Source of the DNA: a virus
Lineage: Duplodnaviria; Caudoviricetes
DNA length: 55,844 bases
Direction: 5' to 3' (one strand)
IMG/VR virus record: IMGVR_UViG_3300012231_000001
Location: 1-55,844 of that record
This document shows positions 20,801-29,232 of this stretch, one piece after another. The first letter of the stretch is position 1, and each line of letters begins with the position of its first letter. Made by a program: the position numbers and the translations under genes. The notes beneath the pieces are model-generated. The model saw nothing but the letters and a program-made list of their open reading frames with translations. It had not been told where the DNA came from and made no database searches.

Positions 20801-23312
20801 AATAGATTCTGATAAAGGTTCAAGCAGAATATATGTGTTTGATTTGGATAACAATTTACTTCAAACTATAAATCCCTCTGGTGTACCAGGCAATATTGAT
20901 GTAAGATATGATTTCGGATTAGCTGGTACAGGAACTGATTTTGTGGCTGTGAATAACAGAACAACTAATTTCATACTATTTTATAAAATCAATCCAACGA
21001 CAAGAACATTAAGTGCAGCAGGTTCGATTGATGCAAGTGCTGTTTTGTCGCAAAATTATGGGCTTACACTTTATCGCTCACCTTATGATACAATCTATTA
21101 TGTGTTTGTATCAGACCAGGGCGGTACAGTAGCTCAATGGGAATTGGAAGATGAAGCTGGCAGTATTGCAGCAGTTGGAGATACTCATTTAAGAACCTGG
21201 GAAATGGGTTCTATAACTGAAGGTATGGTTTGTGATGATGAAACAGGTAAGATATATGTGGCAAGAGAAGATAATTATGTCAGAGAATTTGCAGCCGAAC
21301 CTGACAGTTCAACTACTTTTCAAACTCAGTTTGCTGACGTAGGTACAAATGGAGTTGCTGCTGACCTTGAAGGTATTGCAATTTATTACTATGGATATGG
21401 AACTGGCTATATAGCTCTTTGTTCACAAGGGAATAACAGCTTTAAGTTTTTCACAAGAGAACGACCACATACATTTGTTAAAACTGTAACTGTGCCAGGT
21501 TCGTCAGATGGTGATGGATTAGATATAATCAATGTTGCGTTCCCAAGTTATTTTCCTTATGGAATATTCGGAGTGCATTCAGGTGGTGATGCACTTATAA
21601 TGACAGATTACAGTTGCTTAGAATTGAATACAAGCACAACATATTGGAATCCGAGAATTGGATACACTCCTCCACCAAGCGATTCACTGTTCAGCTTTTC
21701 AACACCTTATTCATTTGGAGTTGTTGATTCTGGTTCTGGTATTATATCAGCAACAAGAATATTGACAAACAATTCAGGAATAACTTTGAACCTTACAAGT
21801 TTAACTGGATTAAGCTCACCATTTTCAGTTGTAAACAGAAGCAAGGCGGTTGACGATGGAGACACAGTTCAGGTTGTTATCAGGTTCAATACTAATTCTG
21901 GTTTAACCGGCAGCTTTGCCGATGATTTAATTATCACCGCAGAAAAAACTCAGACGCTTCACGTGTTGGGAGATATACAAAGTCCGCCACCGCCGCCACC
22001 AGTGGGGGGCGATGAAGATGGTATAAGAGACAGATTTATTGATCCACTTGCAACCGGACTTAATAACGGTACAAGCTGGACTAATGCGTGGACAAGTACA
22101 AGCAGTGTTGTTTGGGGAAGTGATTGGGATAGTTTATTCATTTCAGGCGGTACTACTTCACAAGTTTATACTACTGCATTAAGTATAGCAGGTAATGGTA
22201 CAGCTTCTCAATATAGAGTTGTTACAAAAGGTAAATCATCAGGACACAATGGAGAAGTGATATTCAGAAGAACTTCTAATCCTACCATTTCCCCAAGCGG
22301 TACACGTTCTTATGTAAGCATTGAAAATCTTACTGTTGATGGGCAAAGTATTGTGAGTGGTTCTTTAATAGATTTTTCAGGTTCATCAGCTTCTCACCAT
22401 CATTTACAATTTAAGAATCTTAGTTTGCCTTTAATAAGAGGATATACAGGTATGCGAGTAGGTGGAAGCACAGCATCAGTTCACAACATTACAATCAGGG
22501 ATTCTTATTTCAGACAGGATTCTGCTGCCGGAGACCAGACTGATATACATTTTTTACAAAGTTGTGATTCTGTTTATATAATTAACAATACTTATGTGAG
22601 CAGAAACAATGCACCCTCTCCTCATAGTGATGGCATTCAGATGAATCGTTCAAGTGATATATGGATTGAGGGTAATAGATTTCTTCACGCAAATAATAAA
22701 GGTGAATTTAATCAAGTCTGTTATTCAACAGAAAATTCAGGAAAGATATTTGTCTTAAATAACATATTCTATTTTGCTGCACCAAGCAGTACAGCACCTG
22801 TATTTGCACCGAGCAGAGTACCATTTGCTGGGAATGATTCAGCTTATGTAATTCAAAATACTATTGTAAGCAGAACTGCTGCAGGATGTGATTGGATTTG
22901 GTATGACCAGTTACCTTTCGTAGTCCAGTATAATAATGTAGCTGTTGAAACAGGAACTAAAGCAATACTGTTGATGATGGGTTCAGGTACAACAATGGTT
23001 TCTGATTATAACCAGGTATATAAACCTGGCTTTACAACTTCTACAAATTATTTTACAAGCTGGGGTGGAGGAAGAACCTTAACTAACTGGAGAAATGTAT
23101 CTGGCTCCGACCAGCACGATGAAAACACAGTTATATCTCAGCCAACATTTACAAACTTTGATTGGGCTTTTAACCAATGGGATAATGTTTATCTGAATAC
23201 CTATGACTTTACTATCCCATCAAGATTGTCTGGTAAATCAAGCGGACTGCCGGTGATAAAATTAGGTACACATACTTTTACCCCTGATGGGTTAATAGGT
23301 TCAGACCAATGA
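17841..23312 (+). CDS. Multidomain exported or virion-surface protein: FN3/Ig-like, LamG-like, beta-propeller phytase and pectate-lyase-like beta-helix domains
   Basis: Signal peptide; FN3-like segments (YYYRIR); WHYIELRW...VFLDG lectin fold; phytase motifs at about 20700-21660; polyPro linker; NGTSWTNAW and HSDGIQ beta-helix motifs. Confidence 0.8.
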   Translation: MKYVILFICLFITTGLTQPDEHYLRNKQLHIYDPVYLGSTPSEDLVIFSGAYTQTKTENDSLGSSRKPARYMVWSYGTVVGEKIYSQINRNFEVDVLYESNFSVDADGWAVVEGGTLAGNIDGINGVNDVLRFTSDATTLYHRFNKTVLSGHASGDPVQLEIKGYIPTANTSLYQLQTWVSMTAFAHNSFFENSNWITSKERTNIWQALPPLMQGRNISNQSTFPGTAGDVAYIKDVKISLFPNYTNAGNHLFDSSSTFKHAGTYSGRIVSTAAGSSASNHIRFRYYGGAVGFVAPQFIAFTAAEMDSIHFYAKVPYSNNDTLFVSIGTQTKAFSFSSTNFEEKLWLFTPTVNELTSDIKFYLNKADTVYIDDMSIVGTATLDSISGISKILQNPIEDALYRARQTVSYTSKAGYFYWKTTAWDTVYTLINAPVIEQITSGIDSAIIVWQDNSGQEVRQIVQRNTDGGESWNNIDTVGTDIQQYADVTITEGVTYYYRIRCEGKYAAVSDNSIAYSDVFAFETGDKTYDLVFIPSSLDYGTLDSLAAPGETASELVGDAETGDETQFNVIDTDADNIFDARDSAKHQGDYGFLVASGGTTDDAFGQHTYTGNQDSFFVRAYLYLPSNYPNVDQGTLQSYAFIDCRDASASNFLLQLRFNSSTHYLYRFLYRTDAGLQTGASIAANITINAWHYIELRWKVGSGTGEVEVFLDGVSQQKVTGLSNTAVTDITNIRAGQVSAVTPLLGQYFFLDDVLVDNAYIGVYSSSGNSDSTIQVIVQNIGNQDVEIIGLDDLSSPFSIDESGLPFTIPIGSEDTISISFNRNSVEGFYDDTLSVDKTLGTTQTYTMSGTIFFPELLPPTDLAITHNADTSAFLITWTDWAGADGFDSVRVYSSPDNITFVYAASVDSGVETYNDGAGYGVLRYFKLGSVRDGQISTLTASVGYTMPEAPTETCLEPNITITNAVTTDMDDFCFWIHPTDPDLSLIIDSDKGSSRIYVFDLDNNLLQTINPSGVPGNIDVRYDFGLAGTGTDFVAVNNRTTNFILFYKINPTTRTLSAAGSIDASAVLSQNYGLTLYRSPYDTIYYVFVSDQGGTVAQWELEDEAGSIAAVGDTHLRTWEMGSITEGMVCDDETGKIYVAREDNYVREFAAEPDSSTTFQTQFADVGTNGVAADLEGIAIYYYGYGTGYIALCSQGNNSFKFFTRERPHTFVKTVTVPGSSDGDGLDIINVAFPSYFPYGIFGVHSGGDALIMTDYSCLELNTSTTYWNPRIGYTPPPSDSLFSFSTPYSFGVVDSGSGIISATRILTNNSGITLNLTSLTGLSSPFSVVNRSKAVDDGDTVQVVIRFNTNSGLTGSFADDLIITAEKTQTLHVLGDIQSPPPPPPVGGDEDGIRDRFIDPLATGLNNGTSWTNAWTSTSSVVWGSDWDSLFISGGTTSQVYTTALSIAGNGTASQYRVVTKGKSSGHNGEVIFRRTSNPTISPSGTRSYVSIENLTVDGQSIVSGSLIDFSGSSASHHHLQFKNLSLPLIRGYTGMRVGGSTASVHNITIRDSYFRQDSAAGDQTDIHFLQSCDSVYIINNTYVSRNNAPSPHSDGIQMNRSSDIWIEGNRFLHANNKGEFNQVCYSTENSGKIFVLNNIFYFAAPSSTAPVFAPSRVPFAGNDSAYVIQNTIVSRTAAGCDWIWYDQLPFVVQYNNVAVETGTKAILLMMGSGTTMVSDYNQVYKPGFTTSTNYFTSWGGGRTLTNWRNVSGSDQHDENTVISQPTFTNFDWAFNQWDNVYLNTYDFTIPSRLSGKSSGLPVIKLGTHTFTPDGLIGSDQ

Positions 23313-23503
23313 TAAGAATAATTTTATTGTTTTTGATGTTCCTGAATACTCCTGCTGGTTGTTATAAATACTGTATTGATATTTATGAAACATTACAGGC
23401 ACACGAATCTGATGAAGGTCAAAGACAAGAATACTCTGATAAAATAACAGAAATAAAAAAACATCTATTTGAAATGGCTTGGAAAAGAGTGATGAAGAAA
23501 TGA
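23309..23503 (+). CDS. Small membrane/exported protein (possible lipoprotein)
   Basis: MIRIILLFLMFLNTPAGC hydrophobic N-terminus ending in Cys. Confidence 0.5.
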   Translation: MIRIILLFLMFLNTPAGCYKYCIDIYETLQAHESDEGQRQEYSDKITEIKKHLFEMAWKRVMKK

Positions 23504-23590
23504 TATTTATTTTAACGTGGATAGGTAAAATATTGATAATACTGGTTCTTGGTGTACCATTAACTATTTTAGCATTAGGAGCAAAGGTAT

Positions 23591-23932
23591 ATGATAACTA
23601 CACAAAGTAAACGATGGATATGGTTATTCTTGTATCTTATCGCAGTAAGTTATCGTGAAGTACAGATACTTATTGACAGAGGTAGCTGGACAGCAGCAGA
23701 AACGTGGATTCCATTATGGTATATTCATTGGCAATCGTTCTGGAAAGATTTCGACAGTTTTCATCTTATCCACGGATTAGCAATATTGTTTTTATTCCAA
23801 TTTGCAGTTCAACATCTACCGAAAGTTAGAATAAAATTCCTTGCAGAATGGTTTGATTATCAAATCTGGGTAATTTTATATTGGATAGCATTTTTCCAAT
23901 TAAGAAACTTATTTATACATCATATTTTTTGA
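23591..23932 (+). CDS. Membrane protein with about 3 TM segments
   Basis: Three hydrophobic Trp/Phe-rich segments. Confidence 0.6.
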   Translation: MITTQSKRWIWLFLYLIAVSYREVQILIDRGSWTAAETWIPLWYIHWQSFWKDFDSFHLIHGLAILFLFQFAVQHLPKVRIKFLAEWFDYQIWVILYWIAFFQLRNLFIHHIF

Positions 23933-23948
23933 AAATTCTGGAGAAAAA

Positions 23949-24191
23949 ATGGTCGAGATATTATTAACGGTTGCAACAACAGTATTAAGTTCGATTGCAT
24001 TATTGGTTCTGAAGCATATCACAAAAAAGATTGACAGGTCGAGTAACAGGGGAAGGCTAATGAATTACAAGATTGATTCCCTTGTTGAATGTACTTCTGA
24101 CCAATTTGGGAATGGTGATTTCAAAGATAAGTTTAATAATACACTTGAAAAAAAGATGAAGGAAGATGATTTCCTTTATAAAGAAATATGA
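23949..24191 (+). CDS. Single-TM lysis-region protein
   Basis: N-terminal TM with charged C-terminus; GGAG RBS. Confidence 0.6.
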   Translation: MVEILLTVATTVLSSIALLVLKHITKKIDRSSNRGRLMNYKIDSLVECTSDQFGNGDFKDKFNNTLEKKMKEDDFLYKEI

Positions 24192-24397
24192 AGTGGCTTT
24201 CTGAACATATTAAAACAGCTGTCGCAATTTTTACAATGGTTGGTTCTATTGTAGGATTTATCATTGGATTATATGTTTCACAGTTAACACTTAAAACAGA
24301 AATACAGGCGTTGAAACATAAACAAGAACAGGATTATGAATATACTATGAAAATGATGAGAGCTTCGGGGGCTTATTATCTCCCGCTGGAAGAATAA
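24188..24397 (+). CDS. Single-TM lysis-region protein
   Basis: N-terminal TM followed by a short coiled coil. Confidence 0.6.
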   Translation: MKWLSEHIKTAVAIFTMVGSIVGFIIGLYVSQLTLKTEIQALKHKQEQDYEYTMKMMRASGAYYLPLEE

Positions 24398-24421
24398 TCA
24401 CAAACTAAATAAAGGTGTAAT

Positions 24422-24616
24422 ATGAGTTGGGTAGTATGGTTACAAGGTAAGAAAACATATATTATTGTTGTTCTTGCTGCTGTGTTTAATATCGGGGTAG
24501 TGTTTGGTTTCTGGACAGTAGACAGCCAAATATGGGCATTCATTAATAGTATATTGGCATTCTTGGGTATTGGGACTCTAAGAGCTGGTGTATCAAATGA
24601 AGCTAAAAAGCCCTAA
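24422..24616 (+). CDS. Putative holin (2 TM)
   Basis: 64 aa; GKKTYI, two TM helices, GIGTLRAGV and a basic tail. Confidence 0.7.
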   Translation: MSWVVWLQGKKTYIIVVLAAVFNIGVVFGFWTVDSQIWAFINSILAFLGIGTLRAGVSNEAKKP

Positions 24617-24618
24617 AA

Positions 24619-25098
24619 ATGGACAATAAGATTTATACCCTGTCCCTGATTGGGGCAGGGATTGTCCTTATAATCATTGGTGGTCTTTTAGGTTGGAACT
24701 TAAAACCAGTTAAGGTATGCCCAATTATAATTGATAGTGTACTTGTGAAAGGAGACCCATATCCTGTTTATAGAGATACAACTATTTACATTACTTCATC
24801 TCAGCCAGCAGAAACTGTTAACGATAGTATTAAACAAACAACATTCACCGAGACAGTTGTGTCACATCAAGATACAATAACTATTACAAGCGTTGTAGAA
24901 TATAATCCTGTAAAAGATATTTTTAATTTAGCACAGAAGATTGACCATAAAGATTATTCTTTTAATAGAGTAGACACATTAAAAATAAAAGTAGTCGAAA
25001 CATTTTATATCCCTACTGAACAACCATTTTATGATACATTTTCATTTGGTTCAATACTTACATTAGTATTAGTTTTGATAGGTGTGTTAGTATTTTAA
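24619..25098 (+). CDS. Putative spanin-like protein
   Basis: N- and C-terminal hydrophobic segments flanking repeated RDT/DS-type beta strands; follows the holin. Confidence 0.5.
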   Translation: MDNKIYTLSLIGAGIVLIIIGGLLGWNLKPVKVCPIIIDSVLVKGDPYPVYRDTTIYITSSQPAETVNDSIKQTTFTETVVSHQDTITITSVVEYNPVKDIFNLAQKIDHKDYSFNRVDTLKIKVVETFYIPTEQPFYDTFSFGSILTLVLVLIGVLVF

Positions 25099-25469
25099 TC
25101 CCACTTTGCTTCTTTCCCCCTTATATCATAATGCACAAATCCAGGGTATGCGTGTAAACCTCCCATAAGCATATCACCCTTCTGGATTAAATATGCGATT
25201 TTACTTGCAAGTATTTCTGGACTAAAATTCTTTGTAGTTATATCAGCAGCTTTCCCAAGTAAATGCTGTGACTTTGGTTTACCACCAATCTTTGTATTAT
25301 GAGCAGTGCTTCTGTAACCAGAATTAATATGTATTGGCTCATTTATAAAATCTCTTAATACCTGCAACTGATTAGCAAGTAACTGTAAATTAAATAATAC
25401 ATCTGGTGGTGTAGGACTACCATCTTTAGATGCAAATTCTTCTGCTGTGAAATCTTTTGTTAAGTCCAT
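25095..25469 (-). CDS. Endolysin, peptidase M15 family
   Basis: INSGYRS, SQHLLGKAADI and FVHYDIRG zinc-peptidase motifs. Confidence 0.92.
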   Translation of the reverse strand: MDLTKDFTAEEFASKDGSPTPPDVLFNLQLLANQLQVLRDFINEPIHINSGYRSTAHNTKIGGKPKSQHLLGKAADITTKNFSPEILASKIAYLIQKGDMLMGGLHAYPGFVHYDIRGKEAKWD

Positions 25470-25472
25470 AGT

Positions 25473-25670
25473 TTACTTTGATTTTAATAATATTTTAATG
25501 GCTGTTAATTTTTTCTCCGCATCTTTCTTATACCTAAAAAAGTTTCCTGATTTGTAATAAGCCCGGTCAATAGAGTCTTCCGATGAAATATACTGGCTTA
25601 TGTAAGCCTCGCCACTAAAAATTTCTATACAAAAATATTCTTCGCCATATTTAGCTCTCCATTTTTTCAT
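25473..25670 (-). CDS. Hypothetical phage protein
   Basis: WRAKYGEEYF...GNFFRYKKDAE pattern; AAGGA RBS. Confidence 0.6.
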   Translation of the reverse strand: MKKWRAKYGEEYFCIEIFSGEAYISQYISSEDSIDRAYYKSGNFFRYKKDAEKKLTAIKILLKSK

Positions 25671-25713
25671 AATTTACTTTCCTTTCTTAAACTCCATTAT
25701 AAGAATTTATAGT

Positions 25714-26133
25714 TTACTTTGGTTCTGGTGAATTGAGAATCTCATTAAAGGTTTCTTTTATTCTTTTTACAACTTTGTTTTCTAACTCTTGTGGAGAATA
25801 ATTCCCTGCGAAAACAGATGGTTTGTTCCAATCACACACATCACCTTCTATTGTCCCAAGAGGTTTTTCTGTAAATGATATTAAACCATCAAGTATTTTC
25901 TTAAAATCTTTTTCTCTCTGGTCTTTCAAGAGTTGGGTGATGAGTGACTCTAACGCTGAGTTAATCCTTGCTACATCACTATCCTTCCCCTCTACACCAA
26001 GAGTGAGTATGTGTGCTTCTATACCGCTTACGCTAACCTTGATGTAAGGTAGTTTTTTATAATCTATAATCTCTTTTAATCTGTCTTGCCACATAGCTTT
26101 ACTCCTCTTTAAGTTGTTTGATGCGGTCATCAT
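25714..26133 (-). CDS. Hypothetical protein (true start possibly ATG near 26094)
   Basis: ORF within the operon; GAGGAG precedes MWQDRL. Confidence 0.6.
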   Translation of the reverse strand: MMTASNNLKRSKAMWQDRLKEIIDYKKLPYIKVSVSGIEAHILTLGVEGKDSDVARINSALESLITQLLKDQREKDFKKILDGLISFTEKPLGTIEGDVCDWNKPSVFAGNYSPQELENKVVKRIKETFNEILNSPEPK

Positions 26134-26356
26134 ACGGTTTAGTTAAAGCATCAAATATTTCAGGCTCTCTATAACTTCCATCTTCTTTTATCCTATATCG
26201 TTCTTTATGATATTTATTCTCATCAATCTTCGCTTGTTTGATTTGAGATTTGATAAATGACCATAGCATTTCCATCTTCTCTTTACCGACTTCTGTAAGA
26301 TTAGCCAGTCTGTAAAGTTTCTCAAACTGCTTTTTTACTTCTTCTAAGTTATCCAT
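26099..26356 (-). CDS. Hypothetical protein
   Basis: GGAGAGG RBS; coupled to the next gene. Confidence 0.6.
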   Translation of the reverse strand: MDNLEEVKKQFEKLYRLANLTEVGKEKMEMLWSFIKSQIKQAKIDENKYHKERYRIKEDGSYREPEIFDALTKPYDDRIKQLKEE

Positions 26357-26387
26357 TTCAGAACCTCTCCAAATAGTTTAAGAATAA

Positions 26388-26507
26388 TAACACCCAGTTC
26401 CCATAAGATATGTTATGACCATTAGACATAACTATCAACCTTTATTGTGGGACAATCCAGTACACCTATTTGAGAACCCACTTGATACTTATGCTATCTG
26501 GGTGTTA
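26388..26507 (-). ncRNA. Intergenic multibranch structured RNA candidate
   Basis: TAACACCCAG/CTGGGTGTTA 10-bp stem; nested CATAAG/CTTATG, TATCAA/TTGATA, GTGGG/CCCAC and GTTATG/CATAAC pairings. Confidence 0.55.
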
Positions 26508-26777
26508 AAATGTTAATTCTATCATAAATCTTATAAGCATTGCTGCTGTTTGTTTCGCTTCCTGTTGTTGTCTAAACAAACTGTATCTTTCTTTGTTAGG
26601 ATTGATTTTAATTTCTTCCCATAATTCATTAAATTCTTCAAGAATCACTCCATATGCTTCGTGACCATTATGAAAATTTTCTTTATGAATAGATTTAGCA
26701 CGTAATACTTCTTTTTTCACCATATCAAGTGCTAATGTTAAAGAACTCTCATTTACTTCTTTACTGTTATCTATCAT
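26505..26777 (-). CDS. MazG-like all-alpha NTP pyrophosphatase
   Basis: HEAYGVILEEFNELWEEIK...EAKQTAAM motif. Confidence 0.6.
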   Translation of the reverse strand: MIDNSKEVNESSLTLALDMVKKEVLRAKSIHKENFHNGHEAYGVILEEFNELWEEIKINPNKERYSLFRQQQEAKQTAAMLIRFMIELTF

Positions 26778-26962
26778 CTTTCCCTCAATATTGTTATTTC
26801 TCTGTTACAGTGCTTGCATTTATAAATAGCAGCACCTTTGAATTGCAGTATATTAAAATTTCTACAGCTTATACATCTAAAATGTAATGTATAAATATAA
26901 CCACCATTGATTGTATTATCTACTGGCTTTATTTCAACAGGCGACCTTCTAATAATTGACAT
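26774..26962 (-). CDS. Small zinc-ribbon protein
   Basis: CISC...CKHC. Confidence 0.6.
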   Translation of the reverse strand: MSIIRRSPVEIKPVDNTINGGYIYTLHFRCISCRNFNILQFKGAAIYKCKHCNREITILRER

Positions 26963-27108
26963 ATATCAGCTTCTTCATACGTAAACTTTTTAGTAGATTG
27001 TTACAATTTAGACTAAAAAACAAACAATTAAAAAACCACCTAATTTGTACAAGTTTTTTTACTCTTGACTAATAATAATAGCGTAGCGGGTTTGTATTGA
27101 AGTCTATA

Positions 27109-27582
27109 TTAAAGTAATTCAATCCTACCGTTTGATAATTCTCTGAGCCACTTATAATTCAAATATTTTTTGCATTCTTCCATATCTTCAAATATCTTAT
27201 TCGATTTCCATAAATTACAAATAGAACAAGCCATAACATAGTTATCTGATGGGTTAGATTGTAAATAAGAATAAGGTATTTGATGGTCAGCGTGGTATGC
27301 TAATGTCCTTACTCTCCCACTTTTATAATAATAAATGCCAAATTCATTACCACAATAAAAACATTTATTATCCTGTTTCTGTAATAAATATTTTTTACCT
27401 GTGACACTATAATTTTTTCTTTTGACCCCAGTAACAATTCGTTGACTTTCTATCTTTTCTCCATCATATTTAGTTTTACAGTATGTGCAAAGAAAATAAT
27501 TGTCACCACTTAAATTATATTCTCCACACTTAGGGCATAATAATCTGAATAATATTATTTTGCCTATTATTATTTTTTCCAT
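27109..27582 (-). CDS. HNH endonuclease with an N-terminal Zn ribbon
   Basis: CFYCG...ADHQIP...NYVMACSICNLWK; CPKC/CTYC N-terminal. Confidence 0.9.
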   Translation of the reverse strand: MEKIIIGKIILFRLLCPKCGEYNLSGDNYFLCTYCKTKYDGEKIESQRIVTGVKRKNYSVTGKKYLLQKQDNKCFYCGNEFGIYYYKSGRVRTLAYHADHQIPYSYLQSNPSDNYVMACSICNLWKSNKIFEDMEECKKYLNYKWLRELSNGRIELL

Positions 27583-27587
27583 TATAA

Positions 27588-27818
27588 TTAACTATCTTTC
27601 TTTTTCCTGAATCTGTCTCTATCAGGACAAGAAGTATAATGGTTTATATGATGAACCTTGTTATATAATACATTAATACCTGAGTCTAATCCTTTAATCT
27701 CATCTGTAGTTAATGAATCATATTCAACAGGAATACTACGATTAGTCTCTGAATTAATGAGAAATATAATCTTTTTGTCACAATGTTTACCACGACATTC
27801 TAATGGTTTACTGTTCAT
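27588..27818 (-). CDS. Zn-binding phage protein
   Basis: CRGKHC...HYTSCP motif. Confidence 0.6.
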   Translation of the reverse strand: MNSKPLECRGKHCDKKIIFLINSETNRSIPVEYDSLTTDEIKGLDSGINVLYNKVHHINHYTSCPDRDRFRKKKDS

Positions 27819-28291
27819 AACTTAAACTCCTCTAAATATATTTCTGTTCTTGGTGAAACATAATCTAAGACAACTCTGCTACCATCGTGACTGCCTATAA
27901 ATCTTATCGAATCGTCCTCAATGATCTGATATAAACTTTTAGGTATCTGCTCTTTCCATACACCGGCATTACCTGCAAGGACATCTTGTACACCCTCGTA
28001 TAATGCTGATAAATCTACTACTGTATTTCTGTCTAAATAGAATAAACATTTCAGATTAAATCTATCAGTTAATGGGAATGTTAATTCTGGATGTGTAGTC
28101 TTAAAATCAACACAAGATTTAATAGCATCCTTAGCCCAGTCTTTATAAACATCAGTATAATAATGTACTGGTCTATCACGTTCACGTAATCTACCAGATT
28201 TTTTATCTTTATAAAACAAAGATGTTTTAGCCCCATTCTTTTTAACTATGGCATTACTTTTAATTATTATCTTGATTGTTTCCATCTTCAA
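27815..28291 (-). CDS. rusA: RusA-like Holliday junction resolvase
   Basis: DLSALYEGVQDVL...IIEDDS and SPRTEIYL resemble the RusA acidic catalytic pattern. Confidence 0.7.
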   Translation of the reverse strand: MKMETIKIIIKSNAIVKKNGAKTSLFYKDKKSGRLRERDRPVHYYTDVYKDWAKDAIKSCVDFKTTHPELTFPLTDRFNLKCLFYLDRNTVVDLSALYEGVQDVLAGNAGVWKEQIPKSLYQIIEDDSIRFIGSHDGSRVVLDYVSPRTEIYLEEFKL

Positions 28292-28967
28292 ATAATTCCT
28301 CTTGATGTAAATTTTTAACTACAACACCTTCCATAACCATTTCTCGACTGACACGATTAGCAGCAATACTGCAATATGTCTCTGATAAATCACAACCTAA
28401 TCCTTTACGATTTAACATCTTAGCAGCAACTAAAGTTGTGCCACCACCAAGAAATGGGTCGAATACTAATTCTCTTTCTTTGGTGAAAGCATTTATGAAG
28501 AACATTAACAACTTCTCAGGTTTCGGACACGGATGTCCTTCTTTAACCATCTCTGGTTGTGCGTGTATAAAATCAGGTATTTCTCCATATACACTACCAT
28601 CGCCATAGATTAACACGTGTTCCCAATGACTAAAACCTACCATAGAACGAGTAGCGACAGCACCTTTGTACCAACATATATCCCAGTTAGGTTTTCTTTT
28701 ATCGAACCATTGTAATGTATTAGTATAACCACCAGGCGTCACAACTAATACTTTGCTAACACGTAATACATCTGTTAAAAGAAAATCCATCATTTGCTGA
28801 TAATACTCTTGTGTATCTTCAAATGGGCTATTATAATCTAAACCTATACCATATGGTGGGTCAGCAAAGGTTAATGGAATAGATTTATCTGGTAATCTTT
28901 TTATCAGTTCTCTACTGTCACCACAATAGATACGAATACCTTCTTCCTGATAATATAATTTACTCAT
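28260..28967 (-). CDS. Orphan DNA N6-adenine/N4-cytosine methyltransferase (beta class)
   Basis: DPPY catalytic motif precedes HPCPKP and the DPFLGGGTT SAM-binding motif. Confidence 0.93.
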   Translation of the reverse strand: MSKLYYQEEGIRIYCGDSRELIKRLPDKSIPLTFADPPYGIGLDYNSPFEDTQEYYQQMMDFLLTDVLRVSKVLVVTPGGYTNTLQWFDKRKPNWDICWYKGAVATRSMVGFSHWEHVLIYGDGSVYGEIPDFIHAQPEMVKEGHPCPKPEKLLMFFINAFTKERELVFDPFLGGGTTLVAAKMLNRKGLGCDLSETYCSIAANRVSREMVMEGVVVKNLHQEELFEDGNNQDNN

Positions 28968-29232
28968 TTATCAATGGCTGTAATGCTTCTTCTTCAAATT
29001 TAATTGAATCTCTGTTAAAAAGAATAGTTTGTATTAATTGTGCTTCGTGTGTTTTGAAAAGAGCCACTTCTAATTCAAGGACTTCCAGTATCAGACCAAA
29101 ATCATCTTGGTCATATCTTATTTTAATCTGTCCGAAGAATGCAAAATTTTGTTTACCTAATTTTTCAACACAAAACTTTTCCATTTTAATTATTTTGTCG
29201 TGTAGTTTTAAGTCATTAATAATAAATTTCAT
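28960..29232 (-). CDS. Hypothetical protein
   Basis: Coupled ORF with GGAG RBS. Confidence 0.55.
   Translation of the reverse strand: MKFIINDLKLHDKIIKMEKFCVEKLGKQNFAFFGQIKIRYDQDDFGLILEVLELEVALFKTHEAQLIQTILFNRDSIKFEEEALQPLINE

Noticed and set aside
27109-27582. HNH as part of a group I intron or as the nuclease of an R-M pair
   Set aside because: Flanking genes are not interrupted, no intron core was recognised, and two genes separate it from the MTase; a free-standing HNH is simpler
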